Shown here one piece after another: positions 9,683 through 18,897 of a stretch of 32,000 nucleotides of DNA. The position numbers and the translations under genes were made by a program. The stretch lies in assembly GCF_000196355.1 (NCBI RefSeq), contig NC_007614.1, positions 1,320,001 to 1,352,000 of the forward strand, in the 5' to 3' direction. The notes below the pieces were generated by a model. It ran no database searches, was not told the DNA's origin, and saw only the letters and a list, made by a program, of their open reading frames with translations. The stretch comes from Nitrosospira multiformis ATCC 25196. Lineage in GTDB: Bacteria; Pseudomonadota; Gammaproteobacteria; Burkholderiales; Nitrosomonadaceae. Each line of letters begins with the position of its first letter. The stretch's first letter is position 1.

Positions 9683-11062
9683 ATGTCGGCAAATACGGTC
9701 GCTCTCGCGTATCTTATCGCCTCGGTCTTCTTCATCCTGGCGTTAAAAGGTTTAAGCTCGCCGCTCTCCGCCCGACGCGGGAATCTGTTCGGGATCGTCG
9801 GAATGGTAATTGCGGTCATTACCACGCTTACCATCACCAAGAACTGGGCGTTGATCATTGTCTGCATCGCGCTGGGAGGGGCCATCGGCGCGGTGGTGGC
9901 CCGGCGTGTGCAGATGACCGCGATGCCCGAACTGGTTGCGTTCATGCACTCCCTCGTCGGTCTGGCGGCGGTATTCATCGCCATCGCCGCAGTCAATAAT
10001 CCCGCTTCCTTTGGTTTGCCCGAGACATTGCCGATGGGCAGCAAGCTGGAATTGTTTCTTGGCACATTCATCGGGGCCATGACCTGGTCGGGTTCGGTGA
10101 TCGCCTTCCTCAAATTGTCAGGCCGGATGAGTGGCGCACCCATCACTTTCGGCGGTCAGCATAAGGTCAATCTGGCCCTGGCGATCATCATGATTGGATT
10201 CGGCCTGGGGTTTTTCTTCAGCGCCACCACGAACTGGACTGCCTTCGCCGCCATGACCGCGGTTGCGTTCGTGCTCGGCTTTCTCATCATCATTCCGATT
10301 GGCGGCGCTGACATGCCCGTGGTCATTTCCATGCTCAATTCCTACTCCGGGTGGGCCGCAGCCGGTATCGGGTTCTCGCTTGGCAATCCCATGCTGATCA
10401 TCGCGGGATCACTGGTGGGCAGTTCGGGTGCGATCCTGTCCTATATCATGTGCAAGGCGATGAACCGTCCCTTCCTCTCCGTCATACTGGGTGGGTTCGG
10501 AAGTGAGGGGGGGGCCGCCGCGGCAGGAGATGGGACGCAAAAGACCTATCGCAGCGGCAGTGCGGATGATGCTGCTTTCATCATGGGAAATGCCGATAGC
10601 GTCATCATCGTGCCGGGCTACGGCCTGGCTGTGGCCAGGGCGCAGCATGCGGTGAAGGAACTGGCGGAAATGCTGCACAAGAAAGGCGTGAACGTGCGTT
10701 TTGCCATCCATCCTGTTGCGGGGCGCATGCCGGGGCACATGAACGTGCTGCTCGCCGAAGCCGAGATACCGTATGAGCAGGTGCTGGAGATGGATGAGAT
10801 CAACAGCGATTTTTCCAATACCGACGTGGTGCTTGTGCTTGGCGCAAACGACGTGGTGAATCCGGCGGCAAATGTGCCCGGTAGTCCGATCTACGGCATG
10901 CCCATTCTGGATGCGCATAAAGCGCGTACGGTAATGGTGGTCAAACGCAGCATGGCAGCGGGTTATGCTGGCCTGGACAACGATCTCTTCTACATGGACA
11001 AGACCATGATGATATTCGGGGATGCCAAGAAGGTCGTCGAGGATATGGTCAAGGCCTTGTAA
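9683..11062 (+). CDS. pntB: NAD(P) transhydrogenase subunit beta
   Basis: PSPLSARRGNLFGIVGM-type N-terminus; GYGLAVARAQHAVKELAEMLHKKGVNVRFAIHPVAGRMPGHMNVLLAEAEIPYE; C-terminal NPLFYMDKTMMIFGDAKK-like sequence. Confidence 0.95.
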   Translation: MSANTVALAYLIASVFFILALKGLSSPLSARRGNLFGIVGMVIAVITTLTITKNWALIIVCIALGGAIGAVVARRVQMTAMPELVAFMHSLVGLAAVFIAIAAVNNPASFGLPETLPMGSKLELFLGTFIGAMTWSGSVIAFLKLSGRMSGAPITFGGQHKVNLALAIIMIGFGLGFFFSATTNWTAFAAMTAVAFVLGFLIIIPIGGADMPVVISMLNSYSGWAAAGIGFSLGNPMLIIAGSLVGSSGAILSYIMCKAMNRPFLSVILGGFGSEGGAAAAGDGTQKTYRSGSADDAAFIMGNADSVIIVPGYGLAVARAQHAVKELAEMLHKKGVNVRFAIHPVAGRMPGHMNVLLAEAEIPYEQVLEMDEINSDFSNTDVVLVLGANDVVNPAANVPGSPIYGMPILDAHKARTVMVVKRSMAAGYAGLDNDLFYMDKTMMIFGDAKKVVEDMVKAL

Positions 11063-11110
11063 CATTGAACATCGCCAGCAGCATCGGATGATGCCAGATG
11101 TAAGGACGCA

Positions 11111-11896
11111 GTGAGCGCAATCAAGGGTTTTTCTGAAGAACTGTTCACTGCGGACGGTCATACATTCCCCATTTTCCGGAAAGGTGGAGGGTACGGTGTC
11201 ATCCTTCTGCACGAACTGCCGGGCCTTACTTCGGAGACTGTGGAGTTTGCGGAATGGCTGGTAGATCGGGGATTTCACGTCGTCATGCCACTTCTGTTCG
11301 GCAGCCCGCTCCAGCCTGTGGTGCGGGGCCTGCTGCAAGCGCCTTTCATATGCATACGGAGGGAATTCAACACGCTGGCGACCGGTAAATCGAGCACTAT
11401 CACCCTGCCGCTTCGGACTTTGTGCCGAAAAATACACGCCGAGTGCGGTGGCCCGGGTGTGGGCGCCATTGGCATGTGTTACACAGGCGGATTCGTTTTG
11501 GCCATGATGCTTGAAGCCTCACTCCTCGCACCCGTCGCCGCGCAGCCGAGTTTGCCGCTCTGTCAGCCCGAAGGGCTCGATGTCGAACCCGAAGCGCTGT
11601 CCTTCGCATCCGCCCGCAGGGATACGATGTCGTTACTCGGACTTCGTTTCGAGGACGATGCGCTTTGCCCCGCGAGCCGATTCAACCGACTGGAAGCTTC
11701 ACTTCAACCTGCGCCAGCGTCACCTGTTCCGCGCTTTCACTCTGTTACGGTACCGGGGAAAGCGCATTCCACTCTCACGCTGGATTATCCGGCAGCACTC
11801 AAAGGTGGAGTCGATACACGTGAAGTTGTGCTTCAGCATTTGCGCAAACAATTGCTTGGTTCCTCCCAGCCCGGATATTCCACCCAACCGACCTGA
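11111..11896 (+). CDS. Dienelactone hydrolase family protein
   Basis: GYGVILLHELPGLTSET and nucleophile motif GAIGMCYTGGFVLAM; GTG start 48 nt after pntB. Confidence 0.8.
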   Translation: MSAIKGFSEELFTADGHTFPIFRKGGGYGVILLHELPGLTSETVEFAEWLVDRGFHVVMPLLFGSPLQPVVRGLLQAPFICIRREFNTLATGKSSTITLPLRTLCRKIHAECGGPGVGAIGMCYTGGFVLAMMLEASLLAPVAAQPSLPLCQPEGLDVEPEALSFASARRDTMSLLGLRFEDDALCPASRFNRLEASLQPAPASPVPRFHSVTVPGKAHSTLTLDYPAALKGGVDTREVVLQHLRKQLLGSSQPGYSTQPT

Positions 11897-12145
11897 CAAT
11901 TGTAGAAAGCGGGATGAGCACGATCTCAACCATGGCTGAAACCGGTTTATCCGCGGCTTTCACAGGCACTGAGGGGTGTTTTGCGGCGTTTTCACGTCCC
12001 CCCGCTTCATGTCGATAGCCCCGATATTGACTAGGGGCGGAGGATACGCAAATCTACTCCCAAAACACCTCGCTCCATTAGCTGGTAAGCCGGTGAAATA
12101 TCCGGGCTCGTTCTTACCGGTTGCAGCGCCGGTCGAATATTTTTT

Positions 12146-12173
12146 TTGAGTGATTTCACGCCGGTTGTATACT
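12146..12173 (+). promoter_or_regulatory. Candidate sigma70-type promoter for ald
   Basis: TTGAGT (12146-12151), 16-nt spacer, TATACT (12168-12173), upstream of the ald ATG. Confidence 0.4.
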
Positions 12174-12291
12174 TGAAAGGGAGATGAGAGGCGGCTTCCC
12201 GGCAACATTTGCGCGCTGTCCCTGCTAATTCTCCAGACTCAGTCATACACAAAAAAACGTTTTCCTCATTCCCCTGTTACCCCAGTTATAT

Positions 12292-13413
12292 ATGCCCATG
12301 CTGATCGGATTGCCCAAAGAAACGAAAGACCATGAAAACAGAGTAGGCATGACTCCGAGCAATGTCAAAGGGTTGACGCGACGTGGTCACCGCGTGCTGG
12401 TACAAAGCGGAGCAGGAGAAGGAAGTTTTCTTTCGGACGACGAATATCGCTTGGCAGGGGCTACGATTGTCCCCCGGGCGGAAGATGCGTGGGCAGCGCA
12501 GCTCGTGGTCAAGGTCAAGGAACCGACTCCTGCGGAATACGGTTACCTGCATCGGGACATGATGCTTTTCACTTATCTTCATCTGGCCTCGGACCGCCCT
12601 CTTGTCGAGGCTTTGCTCTCGAGCGGGGTTACAGCTGTGGCTTACGAAACGGTGCAAACCGCAGATGGGAAATTGCCACTGCTGGCGCCCATGAGCGAGG
12701 TGGCAGGACGCATGGCTACTCAAATCGGGGCGACCTATCTGCAAAAAACACAAGGGGGGCGAGGCGTGTTGATGGGAGGTGTCCCTGGTGTGGCCGCGGC
12801 CAACGTCGCCATTCTCGGCGCGGGCATCGTGGGAACGAACGCCGCCCGTGTGGCTGCGGGATGTGGCGCTCAGGTCACCGTGCTGGATGTGAGCCACGAC
12901 CGTCTGAAATACCTGGATGACATATATCGGGGGCAATTGCAGACGCGCTTCAGCGATGAATACAATATCGAGGAAGCGGTCTACGACGCCGATCTTGTCA
13001 TCGGTGCGGTTTTGATCCCGGGGGGACGAACTCCCTGGCTGGTAACGACGGATATGTTGCCGAAAATGCGAAGAGGATCGGTCATCGTCGATGTGGCGGT
13101 GGATCAGGGGGGATGCATTGAAACAAGCCGACCTACTACTCATAGCAATCCAACCTATGAGATCGACGGAGTGGTGCATTATTGTGTTGCGAACATGCCG
13201 AGCGCCGTTCCTCGTACCAGTACCTTTGCGCTGAGTATTCAGACGGCGATCTACGTCGTGCAGCTGGCGGATGAAGGTGTGAATGCGGTCAGAAAAAATC
13301 CGGCATTGAAATTCGGAATGAACACGCATCGCGGAGCGGTCACTTATCCCGCTATTGCACAGGAATTTGATATGCAATATGTCGATCCCTTGCAGGCATT
13401 GGGTAATGCCTGA
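12292..13413 (+). CDS. ald: Alanine dehydrogenase
   Basis: IGLPKETKDHENRVGMTPSNVKGLTRRGHRVLVQSGAGEGSFLSDDEY; AAANVAILGAGIVGTNAARVAAGCGAQVTVLD; DVAVDQGGCIETSRPTTHSNPTY. Confidence 0.94.
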   Translation: MPMLIGLPKETKDHENRVGMTPSNVKGLTRRGHRVLVQSGAGEGSFLSDDEYRLAGATIVPRAEDAWAAQLVVKVKEPTPAEYGYLHRDMMLFTYLHLASDRPLVEALLSSGVTAVAYETVQTADGKLPLLAPMSEVAGRMATQIGATYLQKTQGGRGVLMGGVPGVAAANVAILGAGIVGTNAARVAAGCGAQVTVLDVSHDRLKYLDDIYRGQLQTRFSDEYNIEEAVYDADLVIGAVLIPGGRTPWLVTTDMLPKMRRGSVIVDVAVDQGGCIETSRPTTHSNPTYEIDGVVHYCVANMPSAVPRTSTFALSIQTAIYVVQLADEGVNAVRKNPALKFGMNTHRGAVTYPAIAQEFDMQYVDPLQALGNA

Positions 13414-13449
13414 TCAAAATCCTGACATTGGAAATATCGGGAGAGCAAG

Positions 13450-13690
13450 ATGAAGTTACCCTACTCGACATTTCTCGTCATGCTGTTCGCCCCGTTGTTC
13501 CTGGCAAGCCAGACTTTGCCATTACCTCTGACCTGGGCAAATATTTTGGCGAATGGATCATGAGGCCGTGAATGATATGAGCTGGGAAGTTTCTGCGATA
13601 CTAGAAATGGAGATCTTGGCCATAATGCTTGCCGGGTTGGGACTCCTAGGCGGTCAAACGGGGTTCGCCGCAGAGGCTAAGGTCAGTTGA
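13450..13690 (+). pseudogene. Remnant of a PEP-CTERM secreted protein: signal-peptide-like 37 codons plus degenerate PEP-CTERM anchor in a different frame
   Basis: 13450-13563 encodes MKLPYSTFLVMLFAPLFLASQTLPLPLTWANILANGS*; 13577-13690 encodes MSWEVSAILEMEILAIMLAGLGLLGGQTGFAAEAKVS*, resembling VSAVPEPETYAMMLAGLGLLGFAARRR. Confidence 0.5.
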
Positions 13691-13869
13691 GTTCCTGGCA
13701 GGCTTCGCTGTTCGGGGTCTGGTATTTTCACGCGCTCCCAATAATAAAACAAAAAGTAGTTTTCCATGTCGGCGCACGCCGCATTCATACCACTGATCGC
13801 GTTCCTGTCTCAGTTTTGGACCCTGTCCAGGCAAATTCCCGATAAACCCATCAGAAAAAGGGGCTTATC

Positions 13870-15657
13870 ATGGTTTCCTTACTATCTCCGGCAAATCCCA
13901 TGCCCCATAGTTTTACCCTGATCACTACCATTGCCGTCAGCTTCGGCCTTGCCCTGCTGATGGGGGTGATCGCCAACCGGCTGAAGTTGCCCGTCCTGGT
14001 GGGCTATCTGACCGCAGGCGTCATCATGAGCGCCAACACCCCCGGGTTCGTCGCCGATATGGAGCTTTCAGGTCAACTGGCGGAAATCGGGGTCATTTTA
14101 CTGATGTTCGGGGTGGGATTGCATTTCTCGCTCAAGGATCTGTTGGCGGTGCGTCGTATCGCTTTGCCTGGCGCTCTCGTTCAGATTAGCGTCGCTACGG
14201 CCTTCGGCGCCGCTGTTGCCCTTTCCTGGGGCTGGAATCCGGCCATCAGTATCGTGTATGGCGTGTCGCTTTCGACCGCGAGCACCGTTGTATTGCTGAG
14301 AGCCCTGGAGCAGCGGGGCCTGCTCAAATCAGTCAATGGTTCGATTGCAGTGGGATGGCTGATCGTCGAAGATGTGGCCATGGTTCTTGTTCTTGTATTG
14401 CTGCCGCCGCTTGCGGACTGGTTGCGCAGCGACGTGAGTGGTGCCACAACGGATGTATCGGGCCTCAGTTTGCTGATCTCGGTGCTGTTTACCTTTGGCA
14501 AGGTGGCTATTTTCATTGCGCTGATGCTGGTGGTGGGAAGGCGCGTTTTTCCCAAATTGCTTTGGTATGTTGCCAGCACCAACTCCAATGAACTCTTCAT
14601 CCTGAGCGTGATCGCCGTTGCGATAGGCATCGCCTATGGCTCGGCCATGCTCTTCGGTGTTTCGTTCGCGCTGGGGGCGTTCTTTGCCGGCATGGTGATG
14701 AGGGAGTCGGATCTCAGTCATCGCGCCGCTCATGAATCGCTGCCCCTTCGGGACGCGTTCTCGGTTTTGTTTTTTGTCTCCGTGGGAATGCTGTTCGATC
14801 CCGATGTGCTGTTAGAGCAGCCTCTTCACCTTGTCGCCACACTCGGCATCATCATCATTGTTAAATCACTCGCTGCCTTCCTGCTGGTACTCGCCTTCCG
14901 TTACCCCTTGAATACGGCGCTTACCGTATCAGCCAGTCTGGCGCAGATCGGGGAATTCTCTTTTATCCTTGCCGGTCTGGGAGTGTCGCTCGGACTCCTG
15001 CCGGTTGAAGCGCAGAGTCTCATACTCGCGGCAGCCTTCATCTCGATCACCTTGAATCCGCTGATATTCAAGCTGGTTGAACCGGCGCAGGCATGGATAC
15101 GTTCCCGTTCCGGGGTGGCGCGCATCCTGGAACGTTCGGACGATCCCCTGGCGGAGTTGCCGACCACTGTCACATCAAGTTATGTTACGAACCATGTCGT
15201 GCTGGTGGGATATGGGCGCGTAGGCGGACACATCGGTGAAACGCTCAGGAAAGAGGGGGTTCCCCTAGTTGTGGCCGAGCAGAATCGGGAGACCGTCGAA
15301 GGGTTGCGCAAACGAGGCATTCACGCCGTTGCGGGAGATGCCGCGGAGCCCGCAGTGCTTATCCAGGCCCACATCGCGCGGGCTGCGATGCTGGTGATCG
15401 CGGTTCCCGATACATTGCGCGCTCGCCGAATGATCGAAACTGCACGTATACTTAACCCATCGGTCGGGATTATTGTGCGTACGCATAACGAAGAAGAGGC
15501 AACGCTACTGAGAAAGGAAAGCGGAGGAATGGTGTTCCTCGGGGAACACGAACTTGCGTTCAGCATGGTACGGCATGTGCTGGCGAACTTCCCCAAAACC
15601 GATATGGATGCCGAGCATCCGGTGCACGAACACATAAAGCGGCAAGGTTTGACTTAG
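13870..15657 (+). CDS. CPA2-family monovalent cation:proton antiporter with TrkA-N domain (YbaL/KefB-like)
   Basis: LAEIGVILLMFGVGLHFSLKDLLAVRRIALPGAL, STASTVVLLRALEQ, and C-terminal HVVLVGYGRVGGHIGETLRKEGVPLVVAE. Confidence 0.92.
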   Translation: MVSLLSPANPMPHSFTLITTIAVSFGLALLMGVIANRLKLPVLVGYLTAGVIMSANTPGFVADMELSGQLAEIGVILLMFGVGLHFSLKDLLAVRRIALPGALVQISVATAFGAAVALSWGWNPAISIVYGVSLSTASTVVLLRALEQRGLLKSVNGSIAVGWLIVEDVAMVLVLVLLPPLADWLRSDVSGATTDVSGLSLLISVLFTFGKVAIFIALMLVVGRRVFPKLLWYVASTNSNELFILSVIAVAIGIAYGSAMLFGVSFALGAFFAGMVMRESDLSHRAAHESLPLRDAFSVLFFVSVGMLFDPDVLLEQPLHLVATLGIIIIVKSLAAFLLVLAFRYPLNTALTVSASLAQIGEFSFILAGLGVSLGLLPVEAQSLILAAAFISITLNPLIFKLVEPAQAWIRSRSGVARILERSDDPLAELPTTVTSSYVTNHVVLVGYGRVGGHIGETLRKEGVPLVVAEQNRETVEGLRKRGIHAVAGDAAEPAVLIQAHIARAAMLVIAVPDTLRARRMIETARILNPSVGIIVRTHNEEEATLLRKESGGMVFLGEHELAFSMVRHVLANFPKTDMDAEHPVHEHIKRQGLT

Positions 15658-15741
15658 GTTTGACTTGAATGCATTTTCATCGTTTCGCCGGACGAATGGC
15701 CGAACCCTGGTCGGGGTTCGGAATATAGGAAGGAGAATTCA

Positions 15742-16107
15742 ATGACCGACAAGATCACCATTTATCAGAAACCGACGTGCAGCAAATGCCGGGCTACGCT
15801 CGCTCTGCTGAAAGAAAGCGGGGAAGAGTTCGAGGCAGTCAACTATTATGACGCACGGCTGACCGTTGAACGGCTGCATGAACTGATTGACAAGCTTGGT
15901 ATTCCGATAATGGATGTATTGCGTCGCGAGGAATCGCTCGCACACGACCTCAAGCTTGTCGAGCGACACCGGATGGGGGAGTTATCCGATGAGGAATTGA
16001 TGAAAATCATGGTGGAGAATCCGGATCTGATCCAGCGTCCCATCGTTGTAAGAGGCAATCAGGCGGTGCTATGCCGTCCCCCGGAGAATGTAACGAAGTT
16101 GTTGTAA
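15742..16107 (+). CDS. ArsC/Spx-fold (arsenate reductase family) protein
   Basis: ITIYQKPTCSKCRATLALLKESGEEFEAVNYY and late NPDLIQRPIVVRGNQAVLCRPPE motif. Confidence 0.85.
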   Translation: MTDKITIYQKPTCSKCRATLALLKESGEEFEAVNYYDARLTVERLHELIDKLGIPIMDVLRREESLAHDLKLVERHRMGELSDEELMKIMVENPDLIQRPIVVRGNQAVLCRPPENVTKLL

Positions 16108-16226
16108 CATATCCTCTTCAAAGCCGTATCCGTTGACACGGTTTGCGCCCATGAAAGGGTGAACCCTGGAGCCGAGGAAACTCGCGAATCAATTTGTGAT
16201 ATGCTAACCATGTTCGGAAAGCGATA

Positions 16227-16643
16227 ATGAATTTCAGGTTAATCAAAGCGTTAAGGATAATTGCCTGCCTTATTCCCGCTGCCCTGGCAGGAACCAATGC
16301 CGCCATTGGTGCGGAAGCCGAATGTTCCGGATGCCTTTGCCCTGGAAATCCGTGCCGGCTGTGTCCGTTGCCACCTTCAAAAAATGCTCCCGCGATGCAG
16401 GATGAACCGGATGCCTGTCGCAAGATCAGGGAAAAAGTACCGCCGGTTTCCGCAAATACCGAGCCGAACGAGCATTACGCGAGCCTGGACAAGTCGATCA
16501 TGGAATGTGTAAGAAATGGTGGTGACGTTGTCATGAATTCACGGCGGAACAAGGAGTATCCTTCCAAGCATTATTGCAAACCTTATCTTGCTCCCGGCGC
16601 CTCCAGTGCCACCACAGGGAATTCGTCCCGGACGAAAAAATAG
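16227..16643 (+). CDS. Small secreted cysteine-rich hypothetical protein
   Basis: Signal-peptide-like MNFRLIKALRIIACLIPAALAGTNAAIGAEA followed by ECSGCLCPGNPCRLCPLPPS. Confidence 0.55.
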   Translation: MNFRLIKALRIIACLIPAALAGTNAAIGAEAECSGCLCPGNPCRLCPLPPSKNAPAMQDEPDACRKIREKVPPVSANTEPNEHYASLDKSIMECVRNGGDVVMNSRRNKEYPSKHYCKPYLAPGASSATTGNSSRTKK

Positions 16644-16778
16644 AAATCAGAAAAGGCCGAATGCTCCGACGTACTGGATAGAACCAGTAAGTATCCTGCC
16701 TCGCGCTGCCAAATTCCGGCACTTCCGATCGTTTGAATCACCACAAGGGGGTTTCCAAGCCTGAGTGGCAGGATCAGT

Positions 16779-18335
16779 ATGAGGCATGCAAATAAAATTG
16801 CTTCGATTCCTCAAAGGAACCAAAGAAGAGAAATGATTGCCCCCGTGGAAGCCGGAAGACAGGATAGCGTAAGCGGTTCATGGGTAAGACTGCGGCGTAA
16901 GCCCAAATCCTTTGTCAAACTCATTCTGCTGGGTTTTGCTCTGGTTGGCTTGCCACTGATCGTGGCGCTCATCAATAGCGCTTTTTCCATTGACCGGTTG
17001 GCAAATCAGAGCCGGAAGGCTGTATATCAGGCGGCGGAGATTGCGCACAGCAGCCGCGCTCTTGCGGATGAAATCGCGAATATGGAGCGGGCGGTGCGCC
17101 AGACTCACATTCTGGGCGATACTGCCCTGCTGGAGGGTTATTTCCGTGGACATGCCGGATTCGAGAAAATCGCCGCGGGCCTTGCCGAACTCTCTCTCAG
17201 CGATGAGCAGAGACGATTGCTGGGACAGCTGAAATCAGAGGAGGCCGCTATTTTCGAGGAAATTTCAGCCGTTAAGCAATCACCGGAAGAGTTGCGTAAG
17301 CTGATCGGCAATTTTGGTCATCTGCGGGATTCCGCACGCTTCTTTTTCTCGCTCGGGTACGCGCTCATAGAGCGCGAAGTGGACGAAATGCAGGATATGG
17401 CGGGATCAGCGCGCTTTACCGTTGGCTGGCAACTGCTTGCACTGATTCCATTTGCCATATTACTTGCCTTCTTTTTTTCCTTCCGGATCGCCCGCCCGAT
17501 TCGCCAGATTGAAGAGGCTATCCGCAGCATGGGACAGGGAAAGCTGCATAAGGCGATTCGGGTGGATGGTCCTCAGGACTTGGTTTATTTTGGCGAAAGA
17601 CTGGACTGGATGAGACAGCGCCTGCTAAAGCTCGAAGAACAGAAGACGCGGTTCCTGCAGCATGTTTCTCACGAACTCAAGACCCCGCTGACAGCCATGC
17701 GGGAAGGGGCGGATTTGCTCGTGGAAGGTGTGGCGGGCAAGCTGACGGAAGAGCAGCAGCGCGTTGCCAGCATTCTTCATAGCAATAGCCTGCAGTTGCA
17801 GCGCCGCATCGAGGACTTGCTGAGTTATAGCGCCCTTCAGACCGAGAAAGCCGCACTGGTGAAACAGGAGGTGGATTTGAAGAAGATTCTGGATGTGGTA
17901 TTGCACGATCAGAATCTCATCATTATGAACAAAGGCCTGCGAATGGATTTGTCTTGCCCGGAAGTGATGCTGGAGTGCGAGCCGCAAAAAGTCAAAGTGA
18001 TTGTGGACAATCTTTTATCGAACGCTGTGAAATTCTCCCCCCGGGGAGGGTGCATCCGCATCTGGACAAGTGAGACAGCAGGGGTTGCGCAACTGGATAT
18101 AGTGGACGCTGGACCCGGAGTGGATGATGCCGATCGGGAGAAAGTATTCGAACCGTTTTATCAAGGGCGGAGAGTGCTTGACAGTCACGTGAGGGGAACG
18201 GGCTTGGGATTGTCGATCGCCCGGGAGTATGCGCTTGCGCATGGCGGGAACATCGAGCTCGTACCGCTGCCTGACCGCGGCGCCCACTTTCGGCTCACTC
18301 TCCCCGTTCATGATGTGCCTGAAGGATCAGCATGA
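16779..18335 (+). CDS. Sensor histidine kinase, GlrK/QseE-like
   Basis: Two TM segments, HAMP, H-box FLQHVSHELKTPLTAMREGADLL, N-box DNLLSNAVKFSPRGG, G-box GTGLGLSIAREYALAHGG. Start could also be the ATG at 16833. Confidence 0.88.
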   Translation: MRHANKIASIPQRNQRREMIAPVEAGRQDSVSGSWVRLRRKPKSFVKLILLGFALVGLPLIVALINSAFSIDRLANQSRKAVYQAAEIAHSSRALADEIANMERAVRQTHILGDTALLEGYFRGHAGFEKIAAGLAELSLSDEQRRLLGQLKSEEAAIFEEISAVKQSPEELRKLIGNFGHLRDSARFFFSLGYALIEREVDEMQDMAGSARFTVGWQLLALIPFAILLAFFFSFRIARPIRQIEEAIRSMGQGKLHKAIRVDGPQDLVYFGERLDWMRQRLLKLEEQKTRFLQHVSHELKTPLTAMREGADLLVEGVAGKLTEEQQRVASILHSNSLQLQRRIEDLLSYSALQTEKAALVKQEVDLKKILDVVLHDQNLIIMNKGLRMDLSCPEVMLECEPQKVKVIVDNLLSNAVKFSPRGGCIRIWTSETAGVAQLDIVDAGPGVDDADREKVFEPFYQGRRVLDSHVRGTGLGLSIAREYALAHGGNIELVPLPDRGAHFRLTLPVHDVPEGSA

Positions 18336-18883
18336 GGAGCATGGTGCGCATACGAGAACTCGGGCTGGTTCCGCCGATAGCGGCGTTGATGTTTCTGACC
18401 GCGTGCGTAGCCGTTGAAAGCGTTGAAAGCCCGCAGGCCGTCGAGCCCGCGCCGACCGAACTGGTTGTGACCGGACAAATGGATGATATGATGGAGTTTT
18501 ACGATTCCATCCGCAGGCAGTCGCCGGCAGAGGTGAGCCGGGTATACGACAAGGCGAAACAGAGCTTCATGCGGAACAAAAGCGATACCAACCGGGCCCG
18601 CCTGGTATTGCTTCTCATCCTGCCGAATACGTCCTTTCGAGATGTTACCTCTGCAATGCATCTGCTCAACGAATGGCCGAAGGACTCGAAATCGGCAAAT
18701 AATTTGCAGAGTTTCAAAAACCTGCTGATCGGTCTGCTTGCGGAGCAACAACGGCTGAATCACAGCATCGAGGAGCTTTCGCAGAAACTGAAAGATGAGC
18801 AGAAGCGTGTAGAAACCCTGCAGAGTCAGATCGATGCCATAAAAAGCATGGAAAAGAATCTGCTTAAAGAATTGGAATTGTAA
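18332..18883 (+). CDS. Putative QseG-like lipoprotein with C-terminal coiled coil
   Basis: Lipobox-like ALMFLTAC; ATGA overlap with the kinase stop; coiled-coil EQQRLNHSIEELSQKLKDEQKRVETLQSQIDAIKSMEK; sits between kinase and regulator. Confidence 0.6.
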   Translation: MRSMVRIRELGLVPPIAALMFLTACVAVESVESPQAVEPAPTELVVTGQMDDMMEFYDSIRRQSPAEVSRVYDKAKQSFMRNKSDTNRARLVLLLILPNTSFRDVTSAMHLLNEWPKDSKSANNLQSFKNLLIGLLAEQQRLNHSIEELSQKLKDEQKRVETLQSQIDAIKSMEKNLLKELEL

Positions 18884-18897
18884 AGAAACCTAAAATC

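Noticed and set aside
10409-11437. 342-codon minus-strand ORF across pntB and the dienelactone hydrolase gene
   Set aside because: Antisense to two supported genes and crosses their boundary; no family motif.
12286-13377. 363-codon minus-strand ORF opposite ald
   Set aside because: Mirrors the alanine dehydrogenase gene in complementary frame; the product is His/Arg-rich and low in recognisable features.
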